The notes: generated by a model from the letters alone, not told the origin. A stretch of 64,000 nucleotides of DNA from Chrysomallon squamiferum (GCA_012295275.1 CM022677.1:12772001-12836000); one strand, 5' to 3'. Positions 1-13,315 are shown, counted from the stretch's first letter. Numbers and translations: made by a program.

Positions 1-224
1 TGAAAATGTGGTAAAATTTCTTTTTTTATTTTGTTTTTTCTGACGTTGACGTAGTATACCGTCTCGTACCCATTTCGATCTATTTTTTTTTGTTTATTTT
101 CACTTTTTATTAAGACATCGTCAGCCATTTACTTTTGTTCTGGAGTGTGGTGTATCAAATTCAGACATAAAGAACGAAACAAAAATTTCACCTATAATGT
201 AAAATAATAATAATAATAATAATA

Positions 225-278
<54 letters not shown>

Positions 279-1548
279 GATCATGATGATGATGATGATG
301 ATAATAATGATGATAACAAGAAGAAGAAGAAAATTAAAAGTAATTGGGTGTCATTCAAAACTAAATAAAGCAGAAAATACGTGAAATTACAGATATGTGT
401 TTGTTGTTTTTGTTTTTACTATGCTAACACTAGAATCAGGTTAGAGAACAATATTGATCAAGAAACAGGTACACACAACAGAACTCACACACTCACACAC
501 ACACACGCAGCTACCTGTCACTCTGACACAGGGATGCTAGACTAATTGTGTTTGAAATATTTTAATATAGATCTATTTTTCGTTTCAGACTTTTTCGTCT
601 ATGCTAATTGCTTTATAAAATGGATAAAATGTTAAATCACTTTGTATATATTTATGACAGAGATAAAGAGTTTATTTAGGTTTATGTCTGTATTGGTCAT
701 TTTCTGCTGCATAAAAACGTGATGTTTTTGCCTCTGATCGGTAGAGAAATAAACTTGTTTTCGTTAAATATTTTAATGTTGTTGTTGTTTTTTATTACCG
801 AAAGAAACAGATACCTGTCAATACCTCCTCCACTCACACACACACAAACCAGTGGAATTTGCACAGGACAAAACTGATAGAATGAAATTAACTGATATAT
901 ATTTCACACTAAGGTATGCGATGTTGATAAAAGGAGGTGCTTACATTTTCTATGCACTGCAGAGATTTGAGTTGTTTTATTTTATTAAATGTTTTTCTAA
1001 TTAACTGTTGGTTAATTCTTTGTAACAGATCATATTTAGTATTGTAACAGCTTTATTTATTCTTAGAGACGTCAGTTGTTAGCCTTCCATTTTCTGTCAC
1101 TTTACTAAATATATAATAAAATTATGAAATTAATTCCATATCAGTAATTTTATTATTTTCATTTAGAAACACTTTTACTTATAGGCACTTATGTGTGATT
1201 ATCAGCTTGAAAGAGTCTGGCATTTTGTCTCATGTTGAATGTCGTCAGTAATACTAATAGAAACCATAGAAACCGATTCCAGTCAGAATATTTTTGTCAG
1301 CAGTTCCTACAGTTCCTAGATGTTTTGAGAAGAAAGCATGCAACATCAATAATGGAAAAAAAAGGTAAGTTCTTTTTGAGTGATATTATTTATTCTTGTT
1401 ACATTTTACAGGAAATAAGAAACTATAAGGTGAACTGAAATTTATTTTAACTGAATAATTAAGAGACATAATAACATTCATAATGAAGCTGTAGGGTATT
1501 TATTTAGTTATTTCATGTATTTCGTGTGATCTTTGCGGTTTTTGCCAG

Positions 1549-2811
1549 GGATCAGCAATGGTCAGAGTTTTTGTAGTGATTTCCACCAGAATAGCTAAAT
1601 GGGTTATATCACTGTGTACATTTCATTGTTGTATGTCACATTTCTGACACTGTCCACACTTAGGTAACTGCATCAAAAACCAGATTATTCTTGCTCTTTG
1701 GCTTGGAGGTCACGTCGAGATGTTTCGTCTGTGTCACACAGTGTGGACTTTGAAATACTCAGAGTCTTTGCTGTATCTCACATTGACTCATAGCAACTTC
1801 AGACGTTTGTCCAATGTGTCAAATTTTCAGAGCAGAAAAACAACACTGGAAATGTTTCTAAGTACTTTAATCCTAGGATTAAATTAGTTTCCTGTTTGAG
1901 AATCCACTTTCCCACTGGAATCTAGGTCAGCATTTGCCAGATTAAACACTGTTTTAAAAATATGTTCATATTATTACTGAATTTTTTTTATTATTCTTAA
2001 TATTTTAATTCTGTTTTTCAGCTGTAGAAACACAAAAGTCAGGCAGCTGAAATTCTTGATTCTCTGGACTATCTGTGAAATTCTGATGATCTTCTGAAAG
2101 AGGTAAAGAAAAATGTTGTCTTGGTGTTTCTAAGTCTGCAGTATAGGTAGCTGTGATACCTTCCTCATTACCTCTCAGTAGTTATGTTTTTCTTTGTTGT
2201 TTTTTTATTCACAATAGTCTTTTTTCTGTCGGATGAACTGAAACTAATGTAGTAATCGAGACTCGTTTCCGACTCGCACGTGGCTTTGCGTCTGCTAAAA
2301 ACACTAAAAAACAAAACAACATTTTAATCTATTGAACAAAAACAGATAATATTGAATACGCTGATAAGAAATGTTCACTTATTAATAATGTTTATGACAT
2401 CAAGGCAGACATCAAACAAAGTAACGATACGGAACTCTCTGGTATGGAACTAGGCAGTCTTAGATTGTAATGTTTATATCAGTTTTCATTTTCTTAAATA
2501 ACAGAAATTATACTAAATAAGAATTTAAAAAATATATATTGTTTTGTTATTTATTTATTTATTTATTATTATTAACACTGAACAGTCTATGCATTTTTCA
2601 TTATCAGTAATAGAAAATATAAAAATATTGATTTTGTTTCACAAAGACAAGGAAAACTAATTTTTTTAAATGTTTGATGCTATCAGAAGCATGAAGAAGA
2701 TGCATTTTCCACAGAAAACATGAAACATATAAAATAAACCCCTATTTTATAATCAACAGTGAAACAGTAAATTAAGTAAAATATTCATTTTTCACAGTGA
2801 CATATGCTTTA

Positions 2812-2859
<48 letters not shown>

Positions 2860-3105
2860 TGTTTTTTTATATTGGTTAAATTTCAGTTTTTACTTTATAA
2901 AGAGCTCAGTGCATAATGAGACGTGAACATTAATGTCTTTTTTTGTTTTCTTCTATTAAAAAGGAAGAAGTGAGAAGACCTGGAATTGAGGAGATGTGTT
3001 ATTATCTACACACAGACTCATACTGAAAAGAAGAGGTTTAAAGGTTAAACTTTTATTGTAACCAAGAAGCCCAGTAGACATGAAGAAATATGGATGGGTT
3101 TCCAG
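1549..3105 (+). pseudogene. Exon-like relics of an unidentified gene (Cys/His-rich, possibly SWIM/RING-like fragments)
   Basis: Higher-GC islands bounded by splice-like signals (ttgccag|g at ~1548, ttttcag|ctg...gag|gtaaag at ~2022-2102, ccag|gtaag at 3105). Translations include CTFHCCMSHF*HCPHL and CFVC...CPMCQ with stops. Family not recognised. Confidence 0.25.
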
Positions 3106-3769
3106 GTAAGTGCCCTTTCTAAATAAATGTATTAGGGTAAATGAATACCAGATAATTAAATGTGACAGGTACTTTAAAAAGAAGCTCATTGTATATTGAA
3201 CATTTGAGTGATAAACATGTGGGTTTTTTACGTTAATAATAAATTAAAAAGTATCCAGTAACAGATGCACAGATGGATAGAAAGATAGATGATGGACTGA
3301 TACACAGATTATACAGACTGCATGAAAAACAGAGTCAGGAGGTTGAGAAGTAGTCATAGTTAGGCAGGTGATCAGAAAGTGGAATAATAAAATATAGACA
3401 GATAAACAGACAGACAGACCCTAGATAGAGAGGAAGATACACAGATAGAAAGAGAAGGTACAGTGATAATAACAAGTACTTTGGACAGTGAGAGAGAAAA
3501 ACTATATAATATTTTATAGCTAGAGTGTGTTTGTAGATGGACAGACATACATACATGTTGTAATTTAGGTATGTAGACATAGATATGTAGGCAGGCAGGG
3601 AGTTGGGTAGGTGATAGATGGATTGGAATATTCTTGCATGGAGAAGATAAAAAGAAAAATAGATAAGATAAAACAAGCAGATAGGTTGGTAGACAGGCAG
3701 GTGTATGTGTGTAGATAGTTACTCAGCAGGTAAAAATAACTCAACCACTAATACAATGAACAGATGTAA

Positions 3770-4167
3770 AAACGCATTTGACTGTGGTATTAAAATCATT
3801 GGTCTTTGATGGAAGAATAACACAATAAATAAATATGCTCTGAACAAGACTGTAAATAAGACTGGGAGATATAGGAATATTGAGAGAGCAGAAAGAATAT
3901 GTACAACAGTGGTGAAACTGAAGATGAGATTGAAAATAACATAAGTTGGGAAAATATTTATTTAAAGCATTTCAGTGTAGAAAAGTTTTGATTTGTTAGA
4001 CATAATTTATCTGTTAGACATAATATTCTCCAAAGGATTTTTTGTTTTTTTTATCATACTGCCACTATTTGTAATTCTTTTTTTTTTTCTTCTTTTTTTT
4101 CTTCTTATTATTGACATTGTATATCAATAAGCTGTAAAGTTTAGAATAATAAAGAATTGAATTGAAC
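3770..4167 (+). mobile_element. 3' end remnant of a CR1/L2-like LINE
   Basis: Translates as ...TGRYRNIERAERIC...GETEDE, matching the ETGRY-x-ER-x-C...EDE C-terminal motif of CR1/L2-group ORF2. Ends in AATAAA plus short (AATTG)n tail at ~4148-4167. Confidence 0.55.
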
Positions 4168-5933
4168 CACTAATGATGTTGCAAAGCATTAAACCTGCTT
4201 GACTGATTGTCTGAATTACTATCAGGCAGATGTCAAACGATGCCATGGAAAATCCAGTCATTTGGCCTAATTCCTGGACATTTTACTCATTAGGCCTAAT
4301 TTCTGATGGTTTTTGTGTTAGGCTAAATGACTAGTTTGACATATTGTAACATATATGCATGTGTAAGAATGTTTTATTCTTTATTTTTAGTTCTAGACAT
4401 ATATTTACCTGTGTTTATAGATAGAAAGACATACAGAAAAACAGATACGTAAGGTAGTTATATAGACATTGATGTGTAGGTAACTAGTGAGATGAATTGA
4501 TCATACATGGATGGTTACTGATGGATCAGAATATTAATACAGGAATAAGATAAATACATAGATAGTAATATATATGTGTGTATATGTGTATATATAATTC
4601 TAAAATCTGATCAAGTAATAATCTAAAAATTTTTTTTTTAAAATTAATCTATTTTAATATTTAATATAATTCTAAAATCTGATACAGTAATAACTATAAA
4701 AACAGCAACAATAAAAAATTAAAATATTTTAATAATATTTAAGATCATTCTAAAAATATATACAACACCAACAATAACAAGATAAATAAAGCTATTCTAA
4801 TTACTATGTAATGCAATCCTCAAACCATCATATGATAACAACAATGATGAAAGGAGAAATAAAACTCTCTTAATATAATAATAATAAATTAGTATTTCAA
4901 TGTTGATACATTTCTTTCTAATAAAAAAAAAAACAACAATAAAAAATATAAATAATATTTGATATAATTCTAAAAATATATAAAATAACAACAACAATAA
5001 AAAGAGAAATACATTTTTATTTTATTTTTATAATATTTAATACAATGTTGAGATATTTCTTTTTAATAACAGCAAAAAAACAAAACAAAAAAACAACAAC
5101 TAATCTTAATATAAAGAATGTACAAGTATTATGTCATAGTTTAAAAAAATTATTAATTGAATATATTTACTTGGAAATACATAGTTCAAATCTTTAAAAA
5201 AATAATAAAATAGAAAGTAAAATAAAAATGGGTATGTCTGACACACATTTCCTTGTACAACCTCCAATCTACCCACATTCCCTGAAAACAGAGTTTTATT
5301 TAAAATACGTAAAAAATAGCCATGACAACCGGTAAATGAAATATATATATTGCCATGTTGACTAAAAACAATATGTATTATAAAGATTTGTATTATTTGG
5401 TTTACAGCCATGGCTGGATTAAGACAGCACAGATGCTATAAGTTAAAGACAAACTATCATCAACTAATGAGTTTATTTGTAAATAAATCACATATTTGTA
5501 TTAAAATATATAAACAGTTAACAAAACATTAGCTGTACAGAAATGACTTATTTCAGTATGCAAATAAATTTTATATGAAAGTAGCGATATCCTTTGATCA
5601 GACATGTTATTTTAAAATTTCTTTGAGAAAGATGACAGAATCAAAATGCAGCATCTTGAAATGGATATTACTGTTTTAGTGAAAACAGTTTAAATTCTAA
5701 CTTAATAAAGTTCCAAAATATATTTTATCTGAAAATAGCTGTCACCTTAATTATTTGTTATTTTCTGTGCATTAAAAACCACATGATGAAATTAAAACAT
5801 AACAATGTTATTGTTTTTACAAAAACAGTAGGTCTAAGATTAAGAAATATAACAGTAGACAAGTTACAGAGAACTTTATTTCTTTATTTCTTTATTATTG
5901 TTGTTATTTATTGTTATTATTATATTTATTATG

Positions 5934-5964
<31 letters not shown>

Positions 5965-5966
<2 letters not shown>

Positions 5967-7737
5967 TATTTGTCTTCTCTCTTATTTTCAGAAATGTTTC
6001 TGTTTTCTTCACATCTGCTCTTGTTGCTGTAGTTGTTTCATCACCACTTTCTGCTGCTGTTCTCTTTAAGCTGGTTTCTGACTGAACTGTGTTTTCACTG
6101 ACTGTGTTACTGCTGTTTTCACTGACTGTGTTACTGCTGTTCTCTTTAAGCTGGTTTCTGACTGAACTTTGTTTTCACTGACTGTGTTACTGCTGTTTTC
6201 ACTGACTGTGTTACTGCTGTTCTCTTTAAGCTGGTTTCTGACTGAACTTTGTTTTCACTGACTGTGTTACTGCTGTTTTCACTGACTGTGTTACTGCTGT
6301 TCTCTTTAAGCTGGTTTCTGACTGAACTGTGTTTTCACTGACTGTGTTACTGCTGTTTTCACTGACTGTGTTACTGCTGTTCTCTTTAAGCTGGTTTCTG
6401 ACTGAACTTTGTTTTCACTGACTGTGTTACTGCTGTTTTCACTGACTGTGTTACTGCTGTTCTCTTTAAGCTGGTTTCTGACTGAACTGTGTTTTCACTG
6501 ACTGTGTTACTGCTGTTTTCACTGACTGTGTTACTGCTGTTCTCTTTAAGCTGGTTTCTGACTGAACTTTGTTTTCACTGACTGTGTTATAGCTGTTTTC
6601 ACTGACTGTGTTACTGCTGTTCTCTTTAAGCTGGTTTCTGACTGAACTGTGTTTTCACTGACTGTGTTACTGCTGTTTTCACTGACTGTGTTACTGCTGT
6701 TCTCTTTAAGCTGGTTTCTGACTGAACTTTGTTTTCACCTGACTGTGTTACTGCTGTTTTCACTGACTGTGTTACTGCTGTTCTCTTTAAGCTGGTTTCT
6801 AACTGAACTGTGTTTTCACTGACTGTGTTACTGCTGTTTTCACTGACTGTGTTACTGCTGTTCTCTTTAAGCTGGTTTCTGACTGAACTTTGTTTTCACT
6901 GACTGTGTTACTGCTGTTTTCACTGACTGTGTTACTGCTGTTCTCTTTAAGCTGGTTTCTGACTGAACTGTGTTTTCACTGACTGTGTTACTGCTGTTTT
7001 CACTGACTGTGTTACTGCTGTTCTCTTTAAGCTGGTTTCTGACTGAACTTTGTTTTCACTGACTGTGTTACTGCTGTTCTCTTTAAGCTGGTTTCTGACT
7101 GAACTTTGTTTTCACTGACTGTGTTACTGCTGTTTTCACTGACTGTGTTACTGCTGTTCTCTTTAAGCTGGTTTCTGACTGAACTGTGTTTTCACTGACT
7201 GTGTTACTGCTGTTTTCACTGACTGTGTTACTGCTGTTCTCTTTAAGCTGGTTTCTGACTGAACTTTGTTTTCACTGACTGTGTTACTGCTGTTCTCTTT
7301 AAGCTGGTTTCTGACTGAACTGTGTTTTCACTGACTGTGTTACTGGTGTTTTCACTGACTGTGTTACTGGGGTTTTCACTGACTGTGTTACTGCTGTTCT
7401 CTTTAAGCTAATTTCTGACTGAACTGTGTTTTCACTGACTGTGTTACTGCTGTTTTCACCGACTGTGTTACTGGTGTTTTCACTGACTGAACTGTGTTTT
7501 CACTGACTGTTACTGGTGTTTTCACTGACAAAACTTTGTTTTCACTGACTGTGTTACTGGTGTTTTCACTGACTGAACTGTGTTTTCACTGACAGAACTG
7601 TGTTTTCACTGACAGAACTGTGTTTTCACTGACTGTTACTGGTGTTTTCACTGACAGAACTGTGTTTTCACTGACTGTGTTACTGGTGTTTTCTGCTTCT
7701 ATCACCGGTACATGCTCTACCTCCATTTTCTTTTTAC
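5965..7737 (-). pseudogene. Terminal exon encoding a Ser/Thr/Asn-rich repeat protein, frame broken by the 80-bp expansion
   Basis: Acceptor cttgtttgtag|GTAAAAAG, then GKKKMEVEHVPVIE-(ENTSNTVS)n...QSETSLKRTAAESGDETTATRADVKKTETFLKIREKTNK*. Paralog at 38040 is open for ~160 codons up to the gap. Confidence 0.45.
6050..7695. repeat. 80-bp higher-order minisatellite (24-bp + 56-bp subunits) decaying into 24-bp units
   Basis: Near-exact 80-bp period actgactgtgttactgctgttctctttaagctggtttctgactgaactKtgttttcactgactgtgttactgctgttttc from ~6060 to 7400, then shorter variants. Confidence 0.95.
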
Positions 7738-7898
7738 CTACAAACAAGTGATATTTTTATATACCTCTTATCTCTTTATAGCACTGTGAGTCATTTTGTT
7801 TCTACATAATTATCTTTGTGTGATGTGTAAGAGTGAGTTTTTATGGTGCATGTTATACATAGTAGTGTAAGTTTGGTGTGTTTCAATGTATGTGTGTT

Positions 7899-7932
<34 letters not shown>

Positions 7933-8704
7933 TATATACATACTTATGCATATATACACTAATATAGACATATATCTAAACATACATACAAACATTAAAA
8001 AAATACACATACACATTCAGAAACATATTCATGATCACTAGATAATTTCACTAAATAAACAAATTCATCCATACAACACACACAAAATACAAACACACAG
8101 ATACACAAATACATTCACACTCTTACACCCATAATACAAACATATCCACACATACATACAGACATACAAACATACATAGATACTTAAACATACAGTACAA
8201 ACATACACAGATACACATACATGCAAACATGCAGAAATACATACATAGATATGCACACATAATAAGCACACAGATACATACAGAGACAGACTTACACAAA
8301 TATATGCACACTCAAATGCACATAACACACACACAGATACACATGCATACATACATGTAAAAATACATACAAACACACAAATACACATATTTTTTCTGTA
8401 ACATATGCATCACAAATATACTATGAGCCAATTCATGTTGTACGAGTGTTTGTGTGTATATGTGTGTAATTTTGTTTATGTATGTGGAGGTGTATGCAGG
8501 CTTGTGTTTATATGTGTGTATGTATGTATATATGCCTTGGGGAAGCATGACAAATACTTAGACTTTTTAAAGTTATTTTTATTTATTCAATTGTATTATT
8601 TCTTAATTACTTTAATGTTTTTCTAAATTTGTTTTTAAAGTAAAATACCAAAGTTGTTTTTCAAATCAGAATGTAGAAACCAGATTTTTATCAAATGTGT
8701 ATGT

Positions 8705-8925
8705 GAACAGATAATTGTAATACAAGTGAGAGTTAGTAGATGATAATTATAATAATAGTGAGTAGCCTGTAGATGATAATTATAATACTAGTAAGTAGGT
8801 TTGTAGATGATAATTATGATAATAGTGAGCAGAGCTGTAGATGATAATTATAATAATAGTGAGTAGGTTTGTAGATGATCATTATAATAATAGCGAGTAT
8901 TCTGTAGATGATAACTAATAATGGT
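8705..8925. repeat. Degenerate ~33-37-bp tandem repeat (gtagatgataattataataatagtgagtag)
   Basis: About 6 copies here; only ~2 copies in the paralogous position near 56870-56930. Confidence 0.8.
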
Positions 8926-9079
8926 GTACAATGAAATTAATGCTCCCGAAAACAGTGAGAACAGAAAAAAAAAATTAACAATTAATGATTTTATAGAGAG
9001 TAAGTTCTGTATTCTGTTGTAGAAGAAACCTGAGAAAAGGAGGCTGACAGGTAGATCAAATGTTTTTTTGTTTTTTTTT

Positions 9080-9691
9080 CTAATACAATAAATCTGTGAG
9101 AATATTGCACAACTCTTTGTTCTTTCTGAGAAGCTCGTAGTAGCGTTTTGGCGGCTTTCGAAGTGCGTATAGCTCAGCTCGCAAATCTTCGTTGCTTCGC
9201 CAGAACAAATCAAATTCTTTAAACGGATTGAACTTGGGATGGTCCATGCATTTGGCAATATTCAGATGGTATTCCCCGATGCGGTATCCCCAGAGTGTTA
9301 ACAGTTTCTCCACCTCGCTAGTGTACGCGTCCGATACCAAATTCAACTCAATCACGGTTTCCTACAGGTCCTCCAAAATAATATCTTTGGCCACTGCAAA
9401 TAGTAAACAATTAGGTAAAGTTTTATATTAATATGTTGTTTGTTTGTTATTTTTGGTTTTAGATTAATACTTTATTATTTGTTTTTACAATTATATCTTT
9501 GATATGGTAGAAACGGGCGATATTTGTAATTAGTCATGTGACATATTTGTCTGACTATTGATACTTACAAATTACCATCTCTTTGAATTCATACCTCTTA
9601 GCACTTCTTGTTTAGCCTCAATCATTTTTCTGAATTTTCTTTTATGTCTTCGACGCTTGACACACGGACAACACCAAGATAGCCATTTCAT
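9080..9691 (-). pseudogene. Small, probably two-exon orphan gene next to the viral capsid relic (one in-frame stop)
   Basis: ATG at 9691 gives MKWLSWCCPCVKRRRHKRKFRKMIEAKQEVLR. Donor AG|GTATGA (9594) joins in phase to acceptor tttgcag|TG (9393), giving VAKDIILEDL*ETVIELNL...LTDLLY*. TAG at 9364-9362. Confidence 0.45.
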
Positions 9692-9714
9692 TTTTTCTAT
9701 TTTTGTTTATTTGC

Positions 9715-9836
9715 TTTATAAACACAACTAAACATGACTTTTGTTGCTAATTGTCTAGTTGCTAATGACGTAATAATATTCAAATTGACCAATCAGCTTC
9801 GACTTTCTGACGTCAACTAAATATAGATGAGCTCAT
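9715..9836 (-). promoter_or_regulatory. Compact Pol II promoter: TATAAA, CCAAT, CRE and CRE-like sites
   Basis: TATAAA (minus, 9720-9715), TGACGTAA 9766-9773, CCAAT 9789-9793, TGACGTCA 9808-9815, palindrome ATGAGCTCAT 9827-9836, all within ~120 bp upstream of ATG 9691. Confidence 0.5.
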
Positions 9837-10036
9837 CACTAAAATTACATTTTCCTTTGTCAATACTACTACTAATAATAATAATAAATAAAAACAGAAT
9901 AAATTTTATTCATTTAAAAAGTAATAATAATGAAGAATTAAATATTGTCCAAAACGAAGCTCTTCGTTTAAACCTCATTTTTTTATATAATAAATTAATT
10001 CCATATTAAATAATATAGTTATTAATAAAATTAATT

Positions 10037-11478
10037 TTAATGGAATGTATAAAGGATATTTCCAATCATTTTCTTTTCCAATGATAGGTACAGTCCTATC
10101 ACCATAAATACCCAAATCAATCGCCGTCTAGGTTTTCTTCTATTCCAATTATCCCATACTGGAGCGTCTATTCGTAGCTGCCAAGATTTTTTAATTCTCT
10201 CGAAATATTGTTTATAATTTTCAGATAAAATGTTTTCTTGTTCTGTATGTTTTATATTATCTTTTTTACCAGCAACCATAGTAGCTAATATAAACATTCC
10301 TCTCATAACACCAGGGCAACCACCAAGTCCAATAGGAATGTATTTAGGACACATACCAGTCCTAACTATGAACTCTACTTCACTATAATGCGTTATTTGA
10401 AGATTAGCATGATAATTAAAGATTAATGTGTTACCATTACTTGTTTTTTCACATCAGGATAAATACCTATCAAAAACACTGGTGGTCGATTAACTTCATT
10501 CGTTCTACGATTACTTCCGTCCATTTCTGTATTAACATTTTGATCACTTATATCATTTGCTGTCACAGCTTTTTAAATCAGTTTATTTTGATTACTATCA
10601 TTTGCCATTGCTGGTGCACCTAACTGTTCACCAGCTAAATTCTGAAAATATGCTTTATAATCAACATTTCGATACTGATGATTAAAATAACTTGTCATAG
10701 CTTTTTCCACTGGATGTTGAGTGATATCAGTTACTGTTATTTCATCCGTTGGCCACACTTCAAAATATTTTGCACTTACATTACTACATTGATAATTGGT
10801 CTTTTTCATGTTACCAGTAACTTGAGTGAAATTTAAAGTATGATTATTTTCTCCTGGAAATAATACTAGAGGAGTATCTTTACATTCATAATCTAAGGCA
10901 AACCCTCCTGCACTAATTACAGTTTCTCTGTAACCGTCATGATTTTTTAAATCATAAATATAACTAGGTGTCAGTTATGTACATGTTTATATTATCATCA
11001 TTCAGTGTCCAAGCATTATTTTAAACCTGCATTCCTGTATCTCTTGGCAAATAAATATTTCTATCAGGTTGTACCTTGATACTTCGATCATCGGTTTGAT
11101 CCATACATTCTTCATCTCCAAATAAATTATTATGACTATAATCACCTGTATTTTTTGTTGGTATCAGTAAAAGTCCACACTCTAGCATTTGGTGGAGCCA
11201 TAGCAGGAACTTCATTAGGATCAGCCTTATTATTGTTTAAAACATGAATCATCATATTATTAATATTGAATCCAAACTTTTTAATTCTATAACCTACAAA
11301 TTCATCTGGTAAATTCCAATCTTCAGGATTAGTACTAGCTTGTTTATACCAATAAGGTAACCCTTTGAGCCTGATTGTGTAGAACATGTCATGCCATTTG
11401 GCATCTTTTCATATCCTTCAGGCATTCCTTCAGACATGTCAGGTGGGTTTTAACTCCAACGATGAGTTTTTAGTCTCA
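10037..11478 (-). pseudogene. Endogenous parvovirus/densovirus-like major capsid (VP) gene, frameshifted
   Basis: Joined frames give jelly-roll motifs in the expected order: KTHRWS (cf. densovirus KSHKF, betaB), LPYWYKQASTNPEDWNLPDEFVGYRIKKFGFNINN (cf. PW..Y..P.DW/EF...I.N), RVWTFTD, and NRPPVFLIGIYPD...YHANLQITHYSEVEF (cf. PP.I.I...P, betaH-betaI). Intronless, multiple frameshifts and stops. Confidence 0.75.
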
Positions 11479-11479
11479 G

Positions 11480-12204
11480 AAAAAATGTACATCGTAATGC
11501 ATTGTATCAATCATCCATGCAGGTATGCATTTTTTTAAATCTCTATTATGACTAAACAAAAAATATTATACCCAGGAAACTTTTATATGTGAACTTTATG
11601 CATACATGTAGGCCTACAATGTCTTACTCGATGGTCAAAAGAGATGGTGATTCCTAGCATCCAGAATTGATCATTCAGGTTTTAGTCAATCAGATGTTAA
11701 TGGCTGAAAAGGTGTTATTTTCATGTATGTGCATTTTTTAAATCTATATTGTGGCTAAACAAAAAATATTACACCCAGGAAACTTTTATATGTTTTAGAT
11801 AACATGTGGGAGATTAAATTTCAATAAAGGTCATCTCAAGATCACGTGATCCACACGGTCAATTTCAAGGTCATTGCAAAGGTCAAAAGGTCAAGGTACT
11901 CCAATATTTTCCAAACTAAACAAAAATGGCAGATTTGGTATCCTTGTCATTTTGCCTTTCTAACAATACCAATTTTGTGAAGATTGGCCCAGTAGTTCCT
12001 GAGATATGAGGGTTCTAAGGTTGGTGGTCACATGGTGGCAAAAATCTCAAAATTCCGTGGGCCGTATCTCCCACACCACTGGTCTGATTGGGCTAATATT
12101 TCAGATTTGGTGCTGTGGGATCCCAGTCAACAAGTATACCAAGTTTCATAAAAATCTGAGACGGTCGGGTTTAAACCATTGGGTGATTTGACACGGAATG
12201 ACCC
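11480..12204. mobile_element. Non-autonomous DNA transposon/MITE fragment abutting the 5' end of the capsid relic
   Basis: Internal ~65-bp direct repeat (11526-11590 / 11729-11793), AAGGTCA clusters, caagtataccaagtttcat motif and a TIR-like end gggtgatttgacacggaatgaccc at 12181-12204. Confidence 0.5.
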
Positions 12205-12954
12205 TTTTAATATGATTAATAATGTATAGACTAAGTCAGCAATTTAACATAAATCTTTAAAAATACTAAATCATAAATAACCTGACAGAAAACAACCTGT
12301 CAAAGAAAATTAGTATATTTTCTTTTAATTGTTTTATTAGTCTATTTAAAAAAATAAATAAATAAATTAATTAATAATAATAATAATAATAGTTTTATTA
12401 GTCTATTTAAAAAAATTAAAAAAATAAATAAATAAAATAATAATAATAATAATACAAATTTAAAATTCTCAGTGAGTTGTTGTGTGGTGTTTTCTTTTAA
12501 AATAAATTTAATTACTGGCCACCCAAAATTTGCCCGATAGGCTGATACATCATTATGATCATATACTGATAAAGTGATTGGTAAAACAAAATTAAAGACT
12601 AAACATGATTTCTTGTTTATATGACATTGTTTATGCTGTTCACATTAGTACAAACACTTGTGAATTTTATTAATGATCGAGAGTCGTTATTTGAAACAAA
12701 AAAATAATAATAATAATAAAAAAAATAAAAAAATAAATAAATAAATAATTATTGTTGCCGATTAAGATGGCTGCCATCATGCGGCTATGACTTTTAAATT
12801 ATAAATAAATAAAACCAAAAAAATCCAAACACATTAACAACAATAATAATAAATAGTAATACCTGTCTCCTGTAATGTTTTAAGAAATTTCTTTGTTAGA
12901 TCATAATGTGATTACACCAATTCTGAATAAGATTCTTCGAACGTCAAAATAAAA

Positions 12955-13315
12955 GTAAATCCGTAAAGACCGGCAATCATCCCGCATTTTTCCGAAACTA
13001 ATACAGTGGACAAAAAAAAAGAAAAAAGTTGTGATCAAATAAAATAAATAAAGGAACATAATAACCTTTATTAATATACATACTAATTATAAATCGAAAT
13101 GGTTCTTTTTTTATTATTGTTAGATTTTTTTTATTCTTTTTTAGTCTTATTATTAGCCAATCGTAAATCCGTAAACACCGGCAATCATCCCGCATTTTTC
13201 TGCAACTACTAAAAAAAAGAAGAAAAAAGTTTAAAACAAATAAAATAAATAAGGGAACATAAACCTTTATTAACATATACGTACTAATTATAAATCGATA
13301 TGGTTCTTTTTTTCA
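12955..13315. repeat. Direct tandem duplication, ~208-bp period
   Basis: gtaaatccgtaaaSaccggcaatcatcccgcatttttc...tactaattataaatcgaWatggttctttttt occurs at ~12956 and ~13163. Confidence 0.85.

Larger units (their letters stand above)
5633..9260. repeat. Segmental duplication block, copy A (direct paralog of 53920-57787; inverted paralog of 35246-38523)
   Basis: Shared unique anchors, e.g. catcttgaaatggatattactgttttagtgaaaacag (5652/53938), catgctctacctccat (7711/55230), and the MPNAWTIPS ORF present in all three copies. Confidence 0.9.

Noticed and set aside
6050-7695. CRISPR-like regular array
   Set aside because: Head-to-tail repeats with no unique spacers, no cas genes, eukaryotic context.
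8848-9258. 136-aa ORF MPNAWTIPS... (also at 35249 and 57593)
   Set aside because: Starts at a non-ATG codon at the duplication breakpoint and its length is not conserved. The overlapping frame ending LTDLLY* has the better gene context.
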